DNA from: a phage
Sequence record: NC_101838.1
DNA: 64,000 bases
Strand: one strand, 5' to 3'
Shown here: piece after piece, positions 1-9,328 of the stretch
Position numbering within the stretch: the first letter of the stretch is position 1
Layout: each line of letters opens with the position of its first letter
Translations under genes and position numbers: made by a program
The notes under the pieces: model-generated
What the model was told of the DNA's origin: nothing
What the model saw: the letters and a program-made list of their open reading frames with translations, nothing else
Database searches by the model: none

Positions 1-20
1 TTTCCAAAGGAGAGAGGTTA

Positions 21-1568
21 ATGTCTAAGATTTACGGACCGTGTTCTGAAAAGCAGAAGATGATCCTCGAAAACGATGCAGATATCTTGGTAATCGGCGG
101 TGCCGCAGGGTCTGGCAAGTCGTTCCTCTTGCAGTTGATGCCACTTAAAATTATTGATGACCCCCACAGCTCTGTGGTTATGTTCCGAAGAACAACCCCA
201 CAGTTGGAAGGTGAGGGTGGACTATGGCCTAAAGCAGTAGCTATTTATAGTGATCTGCCTGAAAACATTAAGCCAAAGTTCAGAGAGAAGGATCATAAGT
301 TCATTTTTCCACGGTTTGATCCGAACACTGGTAAGTGGGATAGAAGCAAAAAGGGAGCTGTTGTAAAATACTGCCATATGGAGTATGTACAAGATAAGCT
401 TAACCATCAGGGGCTTGAGTACACCATGGTTTGCTTCGATGAGGGCACGCAGTTCGAATGGGAGCAGATAGACTACCTGATGTCTCGTCTGCGATCTCAG
501 TCAAAGTATCCATCAAGAATGGTTATCAGCTGTAACCCCGATTCAGAACACATGCTTGCCAAACTGGTTAGATGGTGGTTGGACGATGAAGGGTATCCAG
601 ATCCGGAGAAATGCGGTAAGAAAAGATATTTTATCCGACGCGACGGTGAATTTATATGGGGAGACTCTAAAGAAGAGTTGATAGAGAAATACACCACGGT
701 TAACGGACTGGGTGTGGAGATCAAGCCAAGACCGTTGTCATTCTCGTTTATAGGCGCAACAATATTCGATAATCCTGTCTGCTTAAGAGATAACCCAGAA
801 TACCTTGCTTTCCTTGAAGGTCTGCCGGAACTGGAAAAAGCTCAGCTTCTTCATGGTAACTGGTTTGCAAAGCCTGAGGGTGCAAACTATTTTCAAAGAT
901 CTTTCCTTCGTGATGCCGATAGAGTACCCCTTGGATCAGTATCTTGCAGGGCATGGGATAAGGCAGGAACCGAGAGAACTTCCGGTAATAAATTTCCTGA
1001 CTTTACCGCCAGTATTAAGGTAAGTAAAGATAGCGACGGCTTTTATTACCTGTCCGGTGATTATTGTCCTGAGAACGTGGATGACGGGAGGTATTCCACA
1101 GGTCTGGAAGGCAAGTTCTGTAAAAAGGCTGGTGAACGAGATGTGATCATCAGGAAACAGGCGCAGTTCGATGGTGATGATTGCATAATCGTCTTCTCTG
1201 TGGACCCAGGTCAGGCAGGTAAGAGTGAGTTCTTAACCTCATCCAGATCCTTGCTCGCCGAAGGGTTCAGGGTTGAAGAAGACCCAATGCCTTCCAACAA
1301 ATCTAAACTGACAAGGTTCTCACCTTTTGCCAATCTTGCACAACAAGGAATGGTGAGGATTGTAAAATCCAGTTTCCATCCTGATACTCTGGAAGCATTT
1401 CTGACTGAACTTGAAAAATTCAACGGGGAAAGATCAACATTTAACAGAAAAGACGACTGGGCAGACTGTGTAGCTTCTGCGATTAATTTCCTGGAGAAAG
1501 AGGAGGTAGCACTTCCTTGTGTGATTCCATCAATCTCATCACCTTCTATGTTCAAGCGTTTTATCTAA
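21..1568 (+). CDS. terminase large subunit
   Basis: 515 aa; N-terminal Walker A P-loop VIGGAAGSGKS; AGGAGAGAGG RBS upstream of ATG at 21; first gene of the structural block, followed by a portal-sized ORF. Confidence 0.8.
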   Translation: MSKIYGPCSEKQKMILENDADILVIGGAAGSGKSFLLQLMPLKIIDDPHSSVVMFRRTTPQLEGEGGLWPKAVAIYSDLPENIKPKFREKDHKFIFPRFDPNTGKWDRSKKGAVVKYCHMEYVQDKLNHQGLEYTMVCFDEGTQFEWEQIDYLMSRLRSQSKYPSRMVISCNPDSEHMLAKLVRWWLDDEGYPDPEKCGKKRYFIRRDGEFIWGDSKEELIEKYTTVNGLGVEIKPRPLSFSFIGATIFDNPVCLRDNPEYLAFLEGLPELEKAQLLHGNWFAKPEGANYFQRSFLRDADRVPLGSVSCRAWDKAGTERTSGNKFPDFTASIKVSKDSDGFYYLSGDYCPENVDDGRYSTGLEGKFCKKAGERDVIIRKQAQFDGDDCIIVFSVDPGQAGKSEFLTSSRSLLAEGFRVEEDPMPSNKSKLTRFSPFANLAQQGMVRIVKSSFHPDTLEAFLTELEKFNGERSTFNRKDDWADCVASAINFLEKEEVALPCVIPSISSPSMFKRFI

Positions 1569-1571
1569 GTG

Positions 1572-1600
1572 TTGCCAATCTTAATTAGATGTGGTACAAT
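1572..1600 (+). promoter_or_regulatory. sigma70-like promoter (TTGCCA-17-TGgTACAAT)
   Basis: -35 1572-1577, 17-bp spacer, extended -10 at 1592-1600. Confidence 0.4.
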
Positions 1601-1617
1601 AAAGTAATTGGAGATAC

Positions 1618-1645
1618 TAGCCCTCTGACGAGGGCTATTTTGTTA
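1618..1645 (+). terminator. intrinsic terminator-like hairpin
   Basis: Stem TAGCCCTC/GAGGGCTA with TGAC loop then TTTTGTT; lies downstream of promoter 1572-1600 and upstream of portal RBS. Confidence 0.45.
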
Positions 1646-1669
1646 TACTGTTTTTGAGGGGTAAAGCTT

Positions 1670-3226
1670 GTGTCCAAAAAGAACCGCAGGAAACACAACG
1701 CCACAGCCAAAACTGTGAATAAATCTGGGAACGCAGGCGCACCAACTCATAATGTTCGTATGAGTGAGATCGGTTCTGGCGCACTTTCCCAAATTATGGC
1801 AGAATCGCAATCTATGATGGTTGAGGAATTGCGTTGGCCTCAGCTGATTGCCACAGTGGAGACTATGAAATGTGATTCCACAGTTGCTACTGCCTTAGAT
1901 ACAAAATATGTTTTCATCACGAAAGCATTCAATGATTTTAAGATCCTTTATAATGTTAAAAGTGAAGACTCTAAGAAAGCTGCCGAGCTTATAGAGTATT
2001 CTTTGCGTAATTTGGCAAACCAACAAACTCTTCGAGATATTGCAAGAAGCGCAGCTACCTTTAACGAGTATGGTTTTTCACTGTTTGAGAAAGTATACCG
2101 CAGAGAGAAAGAAGGTAAATATGCCGGGATGCTTCTTATCGATAAAATTGCATTCCGACCTCAGGCCAGCCTGTCCAGATCAGAGCCGTTTGTTTTTGAT
2201 AAGAATAGTAGAACACTGACAGGTATTTATCAGTCACCTAATGCATTTCTAAACACTCAGAATGCACGCTGGGCTGGACCTCTTGCTGCAATGCCTTCAA
2301 AAGGCTTTAATGAGCCTGAAATTTTCATCCCTGCTAAAAAGCTTATGCTCATGACCCTGTCAGGAACAGAATCTAACCCTGCAGGTGTGTCACCTATGAT
2401 AGGTTGCTACAGATCTTTCCGTGAGAAAGTTCTGATTGAAAACCTTGAGGTTGTTGGCTGTTCCAAAGACCTTGGTGGTGTGCTTGAGCTGAAAATTCCT
2501 TCCAATATTTTGAACAAGGCCAGCATTGACCCGAATTCAATGGAAGGGAGAATGGTTGCAGACCTTATGCTTGACGCAGCAAACGCCCATAGTGGTGAGC
2601 AAAGTTTCTTTATACTTCCGTCTGATAGAGATAAGTCTGGTAAAGAGCTTTACTCCATGACCCTGAAGGGGGTTGACGGTATGGGTAAGCAGTATTCCAC
2701 TAAAGATTTGATTGATGCCCGTAAGAAGGCGATTCTTGACCGTTTCGGTGCTGGCTTTATTAACCTCGGTAACGATAACGTTGGATCCTTCTCTCTGTCT
2801 GAGTCAAAACAGTCTATCCATGGTCATTTTGTTCAGCGTGATATAGATATTATCACTGAAGCCTTCAATAAAGATCTTATTCCACAGCTTCTGGCATTGA
2901 ATGGTATCATCCTTGAAGATGATGATATGCCTAAACTGAAACCTGGTCTGATTGAAGAGGTGGACATGGAGAGCTTCTCCAAGTTTGTCCAGAGGATTGG
3001 TGCTGTAGGTTACTTGCCAAAAACTCCTGCAGTAATTAATAAGATTCTTGAAGTAGGCGGGTTTGATGAAAGATTTGACGAGGACATGGATCAGGAAGAG
3101 CTAATGAAGCTCTTGGGCCAGGACATCAGTAGGGCTGGCGATGGAATGGCTGCAGGATCCACTGGCAACGGCACTTCTAAGATGTCATTAACCAGAGATA
3201 ATTCCATATCCAACATGGAAAATTAA
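1670..3226 (+). CDS. portal protein (putative)
   Basis: 518 aa ORF directly downstream of terminase; GTG start with GAGGGG RBS; assignment by size and position only. Confidence 0.55.
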   Translation: MSKKNRRKHNATAKTVNKSGNAGAPTHNVRMSEIGSGALSQIMAESQSMMVEELRWPQLIATVETMKCDSTVATALDTKYVFITKAFNDFKILYNVKSEDSKKAAELIEYSLRNLANQQTLRDIARSAATFNEYGFSLFEKVYRREKEGKYAGMLLIDKIAFRPQASLSRSEPFVFDKNSRTLTGIYQSPNAFLNTQNARWAGPLAAMPSKGFNEPEIFIPAKKLMLMTLSGTESNPAGVSPMIGCYRSFREKVLIENLEVVGCSKDLGGVLELKIPSNILNKASIDPNSMEGRMVADLMLDAANAHSGEQSFFILPSDRDKSGKELYSMTLKGVDGMGKQYSTKDLIDARKKAILDRFGAGFINLGNDNVGSFSLSESKQSIHGHFVQRDIDIITEAFNKDLIPQLLALNGIILEDDDMPKLKPGLIEEVDMESFSKFVQRIGAVGYLPKTPAVINKILEVGGFDERFDEDMDQEELMKLLGQDISRAGDGMAAGSTGNGTSKMSLTRDNSISNMEN

Positions 3227-3245
3227 AAATTATCAACACAGGGGG

Positions 3246-3274
3246 TTGCAAAACCTCCTTTGGCGTGATAAAAT
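3246..3274 (+). promoter_or_regulatory. sigma70-like promoter (TTGCAA-17-TGaTAAAAT)
   Basis: -35 3246-3251, -10 3269-3274 with TG at 3266-3267. Confidence 0.45.
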
Positions 3275-3293
3275 AATCCACATGGGGAATAAG

Positions 3294-3713
3294 ATGCCAC
3301 AGGAAGAAATGATTTCCTACGAAATCATCTACGAACCTGACACTAAAGATGCTCACGGTGAGTGGATGAGTAAAGACACCATCAAAAAGGCTAAAGATAA
3401 CTGGGACGCAGCATACGCCGCAGGCTTAGTTTCTGAAAACCTTTTTCACTTGACCTCTACAGATGCTTTCACCATTGAAAAGACGTGGATTCAAGAAGAG
3501 TTTGATGTTGTAGTAATTGGTACTGAGCAGGTCATCAAGGCTGGCTCTTGGGTTGCTAAAGTTAAATACAATAATCCTGAATTATGGGAAGCTAAGAAGG
3601 CTGGCATTGTTGGTGGCCTAAGCATTCAGGCAACAGGTAATGTTGATGAAGAGACGGGAGAAATTACCAACGTAAATTTCGGGATCAGTGTTGTAGAAGA
3701 GGGCAATGAATAA
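3294..3713 (+). CDS. hypothetical head-assembly protein (139 aa)
   Basis: Track ORF 3246-3713 begins at a TTG that lies inside a predicted promoter; in-frame ATG at 3294 with GGGGA RBS preferred; function unknown. Confidence 0.4.
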   Translation: MPQEEMISYEIIYEPDTKDAHGEWMSKDTIKKAKDNWDAAYAAGLVSENLFHLTSTDAFTIEKTWIQEEFDVVVIGTEQVIKAGSWVAKVKYNNPELWEAKKAGIVGGLSIQATGNVDEETGEITNVNFGISVVEEGNE

Positions 3714-4693
3714 TGTCTGAAAAAACAATCACTATTAAAGAGAAGGGGATTGCCCTGTGCCATAAGGCGCAAGGTTATAGCGCTAACAACAGACCTGTAT
3801 CTCTTTTAATGAAGAGCGATCTTAAGCCTGAGCAGTTAACAGACGATATTGTTAAGGCACTTCGCCAAGTTACTGTGGAGCTGAGTTTTGAAGAATACCT
3901 GCGTCGTTTCTTCGATATGTGGTATGACGATGCTAAGGCACTGGCTCACCTGCTTGGGTTCGAGATTGAGGAAGAAGCTTGGGCAAAAGAACACCCAGAT
4001 TGGGAGTGGGCACAGGCTGATGCAGAGGCTTGTGTGCAGTGGTTAGAAGAACGTTGTGATAACGTAACCATTCACAAAGCTGCTAAAGAAGGTAAAGATT
4101 TAAGTATTGTTGACCAATACACTCTGCTGAAAACCCAACAAGTTTTTGAGCAGATGACCGCTGATCTCTTCGATGAAGAAGGGAAACTTATTAAAGCGGC
4201 ACAGGAAACCACAGAAGAAGTTGTTACAGACGCTGTGGACAATGTTGATAAATCCGCAAATACCGAGGAGAATCCGGTGGAAGACGTAACCAAGTCTCAA
4301 GAGTACCTGGACCTGCTGAAACAGTTCGAAGAACTGAAAGCTACCAATGAAAAAGCTGAAGAAATCATCAAGGCTCAGGTAGAAGTTGAAAAAGCTAAAA
4401 TGCTGGAAAAAGCTCAGGCGTTAAGCTTCACCACTGAAGAAGACCACGCATCTCTGGTCGAATTCATGCTGGATAAAGCTAACGCCCCTGTTGTTGAATT
4501 GCTGGAAAAAGCTCAAGCTCGTATTGCTGAACTGGAAGCTAAAGTTGAAAAAGCTAAAGAAGAGTTCGCAACCACAGAGCAAGGTAAAGATGGTGATGTC
4601 GTGGTGGACGACATTGCTAAATCTGCTGAAGACATTATTGCTGAAAACGTCGCTAAAGCTCTGGCTCGCGCACGTAAAGAATCCAATAAATAA
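3713..4693 (+). CDS. scaffolding protein (putative)
   Basis: 326 aa; C-terminal half is E/K/A-rich with heptad-like coiled-coil character; located between portal and capsid genes; start overlaps upstream stop (TAATG). Confidence 0.5.
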   Translation: MSEKTITIKEKGIALCHKAQGYSANNRPVSLLMKSDLKPEQLTDDIVKALRQVTVELSFEEYLRRFFDMWYDDAKALAHLLGFEIEEEAWAKEHPDWEWAQADAEACVQWLEERCDNVTIHKAAKEGKDLSIVDQYTLLKTQQVFEQMTADLFDEEGKLIKAAQETTEEVVTDAVDNVDKSANTEENPVEDVTKSQEYLDLLKQFEELKATNEKAEEIIKAQVEVEKAKMLEKAQALSFTTEEDHASLVEFMLDKANAPVVELLEKAQARIAELEAKVEKAKEEFATTEQGKDGDVVVDDIAKSAEDIIAENVAKALARARKESNK

Positions 4694-4714
4694 TTTGTTT
4701 AATAGGGGAAAATA

Positions 4715-5089
4715 ATGATCACCACTCAATATTCTGATATCGTGCTCGGCAAAGTTGATTCTAGCGATGCAGGTTTCAACTTTAAAGAAATTGAAATCAC
4801 TCTCACTGCTGATCACGTTGCTGGCGCAGTAGTTACCAAAACTGGCGCTCTGGCTAATAAAGATGGCACAGACACATTTGGTGTTCTGGTTGACCGTGCA
4901 CTTCTGCCGGACTCTGCTGGCAAAGTTAATCTGGCAGAGCCTCTGACTGTGGGTCAGAAATACAAATTAGTCGTTGCTGTTCGTGGCGTTACTTTCGCTA
5001 AAAAACACCTGAAAGTAGCCAGCGGCGAAGCTGCACCTGCTGCAGTTCTGGAAGCCCTCGAAGCCAAAGGCAACAAAGTTCAGGAATAA
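4715..5089 (+). CDS. head decoration or auxiliary capsid protein (putative)
   Basis: 124 aa, immediately upstream of major capsid gene; strongly optimised codon usage typical of abundant virion proteins. Confidence 0.35.
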   Translation: MITTQYSDIVLGKVDSSDAGFNFKEIEITLTADHVAGAVVTKTGALANKDGTDTFGVLVDRALLPDSAGKVNLAEPLTVGQKYKLVVAVRGVTFAKKHLKVASGEAAPAAVLEALEAKGNKVQE

Positions 5090-5135
5090 TCCTAGATCTT
5101 TGGGAAACAAATTTTAAAGTTATTTGGAGAAAATA

Positions 5136-6137
5136 ATGCGTAAAGATGATTTTGGTATTGTTGATTTAGGTGCTACTCTTGAACTGGTTCCACGCCAATA
5201 TCGCCTGATCACTGGTATGGATCTGTTTGAAACCCATCTCGGCACCTCAACAATCGCACAGATCGAACGTGTTGATGAAGTGGTTGGTGATATCGCCGCT
5301 CGCCGTCGTGGTGGTGAACGTAACTACGTTGATAGCGAACGTGCACAGATCAAAAACCTGAACATCCCGTTCTTCCCACTGGATAAGGGCATCACTGCTG
5401 CGGACGTTCAGAACTTCCGTCGCTACTTCACCCCAGATGCACCGAAAACTGTGCAAGACGTGGTTACTCGTGTAGTTCGTCGTATTCGTCTGAGCCACGA
5501 AACCCTGCGTGAAAAAGCTCTTTTTTCTGCAATTCTGGGTAAATCCTATGCGCCTGGCGACACCACCTGTCAGTATGACTATTACAAACTGTGGGGCGTT
5601 TCCCAGAAATCTATCGAAATCGATCCTAAAAATGCAGCACAGGACCCGATGGAAGTAATCGAAGATGCACGTCTGCACATTGCTCTGCAGGCTGGTGACA
5701 ACGCTGGTGCTTACAACATCATCGCGCTGTGCTCTCCGAAATTCTTCTCAGCACTGGTCCATCACCCGCTGGTAGAGCTGGCTTACACCTACTACAGCTC
5801 TTCTCAGGAACCGCTGCGTCGTCGTCTGGGTGCAGGTGGTGAGCAGAGCATTTACCGTGTGTTTGAACACAAGGGTATGACCTTCATCGAAGACATCTCT
5901 GGCAACATTCCGGACGGTGAGGCTCGTCTGATGCCTATGGGTATCGATCAGATGTTCCAGCTGCACTTTGCTCCGGCTGACACTCTGGAAGATGCAAACA
6001 CCCCAGCTCAAGAGCTGTATATGTGGTATAAACACTCTGCCTACCTGAGAGAACAGAAAATCGAATCTGAAACCTCTATGCTGGCAGTTAACACCCGTCC
6101 AGAGCTGGTTGTTAAAGTAACTCTGAAAAGTGAATAA
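5136..6137 (+). CDS. major capsid protein (lambda gpE-like fold suspected)
   Basis: 333 aa; GGAGA RBS 5 nt upstream of ATG 5136 (track start 5124 is a TTG); highly optimised codons (CTG, CGT, GGT, CCG); followed by strong intrinsic terminator; position after scaffold/decoration genes. Confidence 0.6.
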   Translation: MRKDDFGIVDLGATLELVPRQYRLITGMDLFETHLGTSTIAQIERVDEVVGDIAARRRGGERNYVDSERAQIKNLNIPFFPLDKGITAADVQNFRRYFTPDAPKTVQDVVTRVVRRIRLSHETLREKALFSAILGKSYAPGDTTCQYDYYKLWGVSQKSIEIDPKNAAQDPMEVIEDARLHIALQAGDNAGAYNIIALCSPKFFSALVHHPLVELAYTYYSSSQEPLRRRLGAGGEQSIYRVFEHKGMTFIEDISGNIPDGEARLMPMGIDQMFQLHFAPADTLEDANTPAQELYMWYKHSAYLREQKIESETSMLAVNTRPELVVKVTLKSE

Positions 6138-6161
6138 TCACTAAGGTGATTCATCCCATAT

Positions 6162-6196
6162 GGGGAGGGGGTTCTCCCCTCCCCTTTTTATTTATT
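6162..6196 (+). terminator. intrinsic terminator after major capsid gene
   Basis: 9-bp G/C stem GGGGAGGGG/CCCCTCCCC, 5-nt loop, followed by TTTTTATTTATT. Confidence 0.75.
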
Positions 6197-6217
6197 AGGG
6201 TTTAACAGGAGTGTCCC

Positions 6218-7072
6218 GTGAATAGAGCCGTGTATCCAGTCGAGTATGATCCTCTATTAAGAGTTTTCAATAATCAGTTAAGTTTTTATCAATTTTTAGC
6301 ACAATACAATCCAGAAATCAATGTTGGTTTATCAGCCCTGCTGCCACCAACAGAATTCGTTATTGGCAGTGTTCACTATCCGTGCAGAACGATTGTAGAC
6401 TTCTTCGAGAAGATTGCAAAACACACAGGCCTGCCAATTGATACTGGTATCTCAACTATCCGTATGGGTGTTATTCTTCTGTTCTTCACAGAGAACCTTG
6501 ATGAAAGCACTTTAACACTGCAAAGCGGTGATGTCAATATCACACTCACCCCGTCAGTGTTTAAAGAGGTAGATGCCGCTTTCAAAGTTTCAGTGGCAGA
6601 AGGTCATCTGTGGGACCCTGAAGGGATGCCCAAAAAAGTGACCATAAACGATGAGCAATGCAACGTTGCTTATGCAGAAGATACCCAGACTTTCACCATT
6701 GAGTGGCCTAAGAAACGTTCTCAGGTTGTAAATCTTGGGCTGACTTCTACAGTAGCCCCAGAACCTGAACCAGAGCCGGAGCCACCTGTAGGCCCTACTG
6801 AACCTGGTGGTGGCAGTGAGGAATCACCAGGTCCGACCGCACCGGAGGGTACGGAAGGTACTGAGCAGGATCCTGAACAGGCACAAGAATCAAGATCTTC
6901 TCACGGCGATGTTGATGCCATACTGCAGCAAGCCGCAGCTCTTAACAACGAAGATGACAAGAGTGGTTCGAAAGATGCACTCCAAACCTTCGCTAAAGAG
7001 CACGGTGTTACCTTAAGTAAGGCAAAAACTTTCCAAAATATGATGAAAGATTTTGAGGCTGCACTGGCATAA
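6218..7072 (+). CDS. hypothetical structural protein with Pro/Glu-rich linker
   Basis: 284 aa; GTG start with AGGAG RBS; internal PEPEPEPEPP linker encoded at 6758-6787 followed by an acidic C-terminal region. Confidence 0.4.
   Translation: MNRAVYPVEYDPLLRVFNNQLSFYQFLAQYNPEINVGLSALLPPTEFVIGSVHYPCRTIVDFFEKIAKHTGLPIDTGISTIRMGVILLFFTENLDESTLTLQSGDVNITLTPSVFKEVDAAFKVSVAEGHLWDPEGMPKKVTINDEQCNVAYAEDTQTFTIEWPKKRSQVVNLGLTSTVAPEPEPEPEPPVGPTEPGGGSEESPGPTAPEGTEGTEQDPEQAQESRSSHGDVDAILQQAAALNNEDDKSGSKDALQTFAKEHGVTLSKAKTFQNMMKDFEAALA
6758..6787 (+). repeat. short tandem Pro-Glu codon repeat (low complexity linker)
   Basis: CCA GAA CCT GAA CCA GAG CCG GAG CCA CCT encoding PEPEPEPEPP. Confidence 0.6.
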
Positions 7073-7079
7073 TTTTGTT

Positions 7080-7118
7080 AAGGCCCCTTCCAAATCAGGA
7101 ATGGGGCTTTATTTTTAC
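7080..7118 (+). terminator. intrinsic terminator (bulged stem)
   Basis: AAGGCCCCTTCC ... GGAATGGGGCTT stem followed by ATTTTT. Confidence 0.5.
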
Positions 7119-7131
7119 GAGGTATTTTCAA

Positions 7132-7752
7132 ATGGCATGGTATGAAGATGAAGAGATTATCCCGTCCCCTCCTAACCATGATGGTGTAGTCGATACCCCA
7201 GAAGAACCACCAAAAGAAGATCCTGTACCTCCGGAACCTGATCCAGACCAACCTCTTATTAATATTATGAGGTTGTTGCTTGGCAATGTTGATGAGGAAA
7301 CCCTCCCTGATGAGGTAATTAAAACATTCCTTGACATGGAGAAGTTGAAACTAAATTATCCGGCAGATCCTGATAAGCTGCCCCTGCTTAAGTACAATGT
7401 GCTTGTGCAGCTTGTGCGGTGGCTGATGATGCAGGAAGTGTCCAGCGGTAATGCAAGTATAACTTCCCGTCTGGAAAAAATAGGTGATGAGACCATAGAG
7501 ATTCGTGGTGGATCTTCCTACGCCCAATGGAAGGATTTCCTTGATTGGCTGCTGGCACACCCAGACTATGTAGATTCTGAGCTAGATGCTTACAGCAGAA
7601 TGATTATCATTGGTGGTGTTCGTGTAGACGAAGGAATTCGGGTTAAATTTAATGAAAACAGCAACGGACCGTTCGATGTCCAGGGGATTACACCTATCAG
7701 CGGTCTAAATAACCAACCTCCTCGCCACCCAAGACGCAAACGCAGTTTTTAA
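7132..7752 (+). CDS. hypothetical protein (Pro/acidic-rich N-terminus)
   Basis: Track ORF 7075-7752 starts at a TTG inside a terminator hairpin; in-frame ATG at 7132 with GAGG RBS preferred. Confidence 0.4.
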   Translation: MAWYEDEEIIPSPPNHDGVVDTPEEPPKEDPVPPEPDPDQPLINIMRLLLGNVDEETLPDEVIKTFLDMEKLKLNYPADPDKLPLLKYNVLVQLVRWLMMQEVSSGNASITSRLEKIGDETIEIRGGSSYAQWKDFLDWLLAHPDYVDSELDAYSRMIIIGGVRVDEGIRVKFNENSNGPFDVQGITPISGLNNQPPRHPRRKRSF

Positions 7753-7758
7753 AAATTG

Positions 7759-7787
7759 TTGCTTTTGATGTATCTTTGTGGTAAAAT
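7759..7787 (+). promoter_or_regulatory. sigma70-like promoter (TTGCTT-17-TGgTAAAAT)
   Basis: -35 7759-7764, -10 7782-7787, TG 7779-7780. Confidence 0.45.
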
Positions 7788-7805
7788 ACATTAGTGAGGG
7801 ATATA

Positions 7806-8270
7806 ATGCTAAAGGTTAAATGTCAAACAAGGTTCAACCTAAAGCGTTTAGATCGCTTCTACAAAGAACTTGTGAGACTTGAAAGTAAAACAATAACCTA
7901 CGGCTTTTATGACGAACCTCACCCGTCAGGCTTAAATATGGCAACATTGGCAGCCATTCACAACTTCGGTTGGAACGGGCTGCCTGTTCGCAATTTCATG
8001 GAGACAGCTTTTGCATTTCACAGCACTCAACTACAGACCTTGACAGAAAAATTGTTGAGAGCTATGGCTAGAGGATCAAGTGCAGAGGCTATTCTTAAGC
8101 AGATGGGGGACACAGGGGCCAAAGCTATCCAGTTTGTTATTGAGGCTGGTCAGTTTAGTAACCCTACTGTTAGTGAGCAGTGGGCACAAGAGAAGGGCTT
8201 CAACGAGGCTATGCGGCATTACGATGTGCTGCTGGAATCTGCAACCTTTAAAATTGGACAGCAAAAATAA
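7806..8270 (+). CDS. hypothetical protein (possible head-tail joining)
   Basis: ATG at 7806 with GAGGG RBS, downstream of promoter 7759-7787; position between capsid and tail genes. Confidence 0.4.
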   Translation: MLKVKCQTRFNLKRLDRFYKELVRLESKTITYGFYDEPHPSGLNMATLAAIHNFGWNGLPVRNFMETAFAFHSTQLQTLTEKLLRAMARGSSAEAILKQMGDTGAKAIQFVIEAGQFSNPTVSEQWAQEKGFNEAMRHYDVLLESATFKIGQQK

Positions 8271-8279
8271 GGGGGTTGA

Positions 8280-8705
8280 GTGGCAGCAGGTTATAAGCTG
8301 ATAGGAAAGAACAGGCTAATACCCCGTAAAACATTCAAAGGTCGCCACAGAGTGTATAACAAAACAGTTGGTGGTCCTTTTGCTAACGAGGGGTTAGAAC
8401 TTGAGTATGAAGAGTTTGATGTCTTAGAGTGTGTTGTGCAGCCGTTGACAGGAAGGGCAGCTAAAGATTACTCCTCTCAAATAAATCCAGAAGGTGACAG
8501 ACAGTACGAGGCTTTTACAGTCTACTCCTCAACCAAGTTGTATAGTCCAGATGAAGGAACATATGCAATGGCTGATCAAATTCAGCTGCCTGACATCCGT
8601 GGTGACTTGAAATGGTTTACCGTTTTAAAATGCGATGCATATGTTACCTCTGGTGGTGGGAGATATAGATTTTTTGTGGTAGAAGAGCCTGAAGGAGAAG
8701 ACTGA
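8280..8705 (+). CDS. hypothetical protein (possible neck/tail completion)
   Basis: 141 aa; GTG start after GGGGG RBS; stop overlaps next start (TGATG). Confidence 0.4.
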   Translation: MAAGYKLIGKNRLIPRKTFKGRHRVYNKTVGGPFANEGLELEYEEFDVLECVVQPLTGRAAKDYSSQINPEGDRQYEAFTVYSSTKLYSPDEGTYAMADQIQLPDIRGDLKWFTVLKCDAYVTSGGGRYRFFVVEEPEGED

Positions 8706-9256
8706 TGGAAGCTTTTGAAAAAGTTTTTTCTGATCTTGAAACAACCATTGCTAAGCTTGTCAAGGTTGCCACAGGAAGAACTGTAGTTCTGGCAGAAAGC
8801 TCTACCATACCGAAGCCGGAAGGTGAGTTTGTGCTTTTACAAACCTTGGCGATCAATCCCACCACTTGGGAAGATAATGAGTTTCAAGATGCGGAGGGTA
8901 ATGCTTACGTCACCCACAGCTACACTGTTACTTATCTGTTAACAGCTTATCGTGGCAGGGCATATGCTGCACTTAGCAGAGTATTGCAAGCAATAAACCT
9001 TCCAATGTTTTATGACAAGTATTTCCCTCTGGGATCGTGCTTTGCCTACTCTAACAATTCAACAATCTCACCTCAAAGAGTGCCGTTGAATAAGCAGACG
9101 TATGAAAATAGAGCCACTGTGATGCTGACATTTAACGTAAGGTTTGTTGAAACAGACATTGGGGCTTTTGAGGATCTTCAGGGAATTAAGGCTGAAATAA
9201 CCACACACTTCCCTTCACCCAATTCTGGTAAAGCGGTTACAGACAGTGGTCAGTAA
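8705..9256 (+). CDS. hypothetical protein (possible tail terminator/completion)
   Basis: 183 aa; translationally coupled to upstream gene; directly precedes sheath gene. Confidence 0.4.
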   Translation: MEAFEKVFSDLETTIAKLVKVATGRTVVLAESSTIPKPEGEFVLLQTLAINPTTWEDNEFQDAEGNAYVTHSYTVTYLLTAYRGRAYAALSRVLQAINLPMFYDKYFPLGSCFAYSNNSTISPQRVPLNKQTYENRATVMLTFNVRFVETDIGAFEDLQGIKAEITTHFPSPNSGKAVTDSGQ

Positions 9257-9271
9257 TCGTTATAATTGTGT

Positions 9272-9288
9272 AGTGTAATGATTACACT
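9272..9288. promoter_or_regulatory. 17-bp perfect palindrome (AGTGTAAT-G-ATTACACT) in sheath-gene leader
   Basis: Located 5 nt downstream of a TATAAT hexamer (9261-9266); 1-nt centre suggests a protein-binding operator rather than an RNA hairpin. Confidence 0.3.
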
Positions 9289-9328
9289 GCGTGTTTGATA
9301 TCCGTGCACAGATATTAAGAGGAAACAA

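Noticed and set aside
3246-3293. Track-annotated TTG/ATG starts at 3246, 5124, 7075, 14554, 27028, 47501, 54573, 54844, 60247
   Set aside because: These lie inside predicted promoters or terminator hairpins, or lack an RBS, while an in-frame ATG with a good Shine-Dalgarno is present shortly downstream; treated as the computational first start of the ORF rather than the real start.
4491-4715. Small same-strand overlapping ORFs inside the scaffold gene (4491-4715) and similar internal ORFs
   Set aside because: Low-complexity Lys/Leu-rich translations arising from the repetitive GAA/AAA/GCT codons of the coiled-coil region in another frame; no independent start signals.
6758-6787. Pro-Glu codon repeat as a possible variable-number tandem repeat
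   Set aside because: Only four imperfect dipeptide units with mixed codons; reads as a flexible linker inside a structural protein, not a mutable repeat array.
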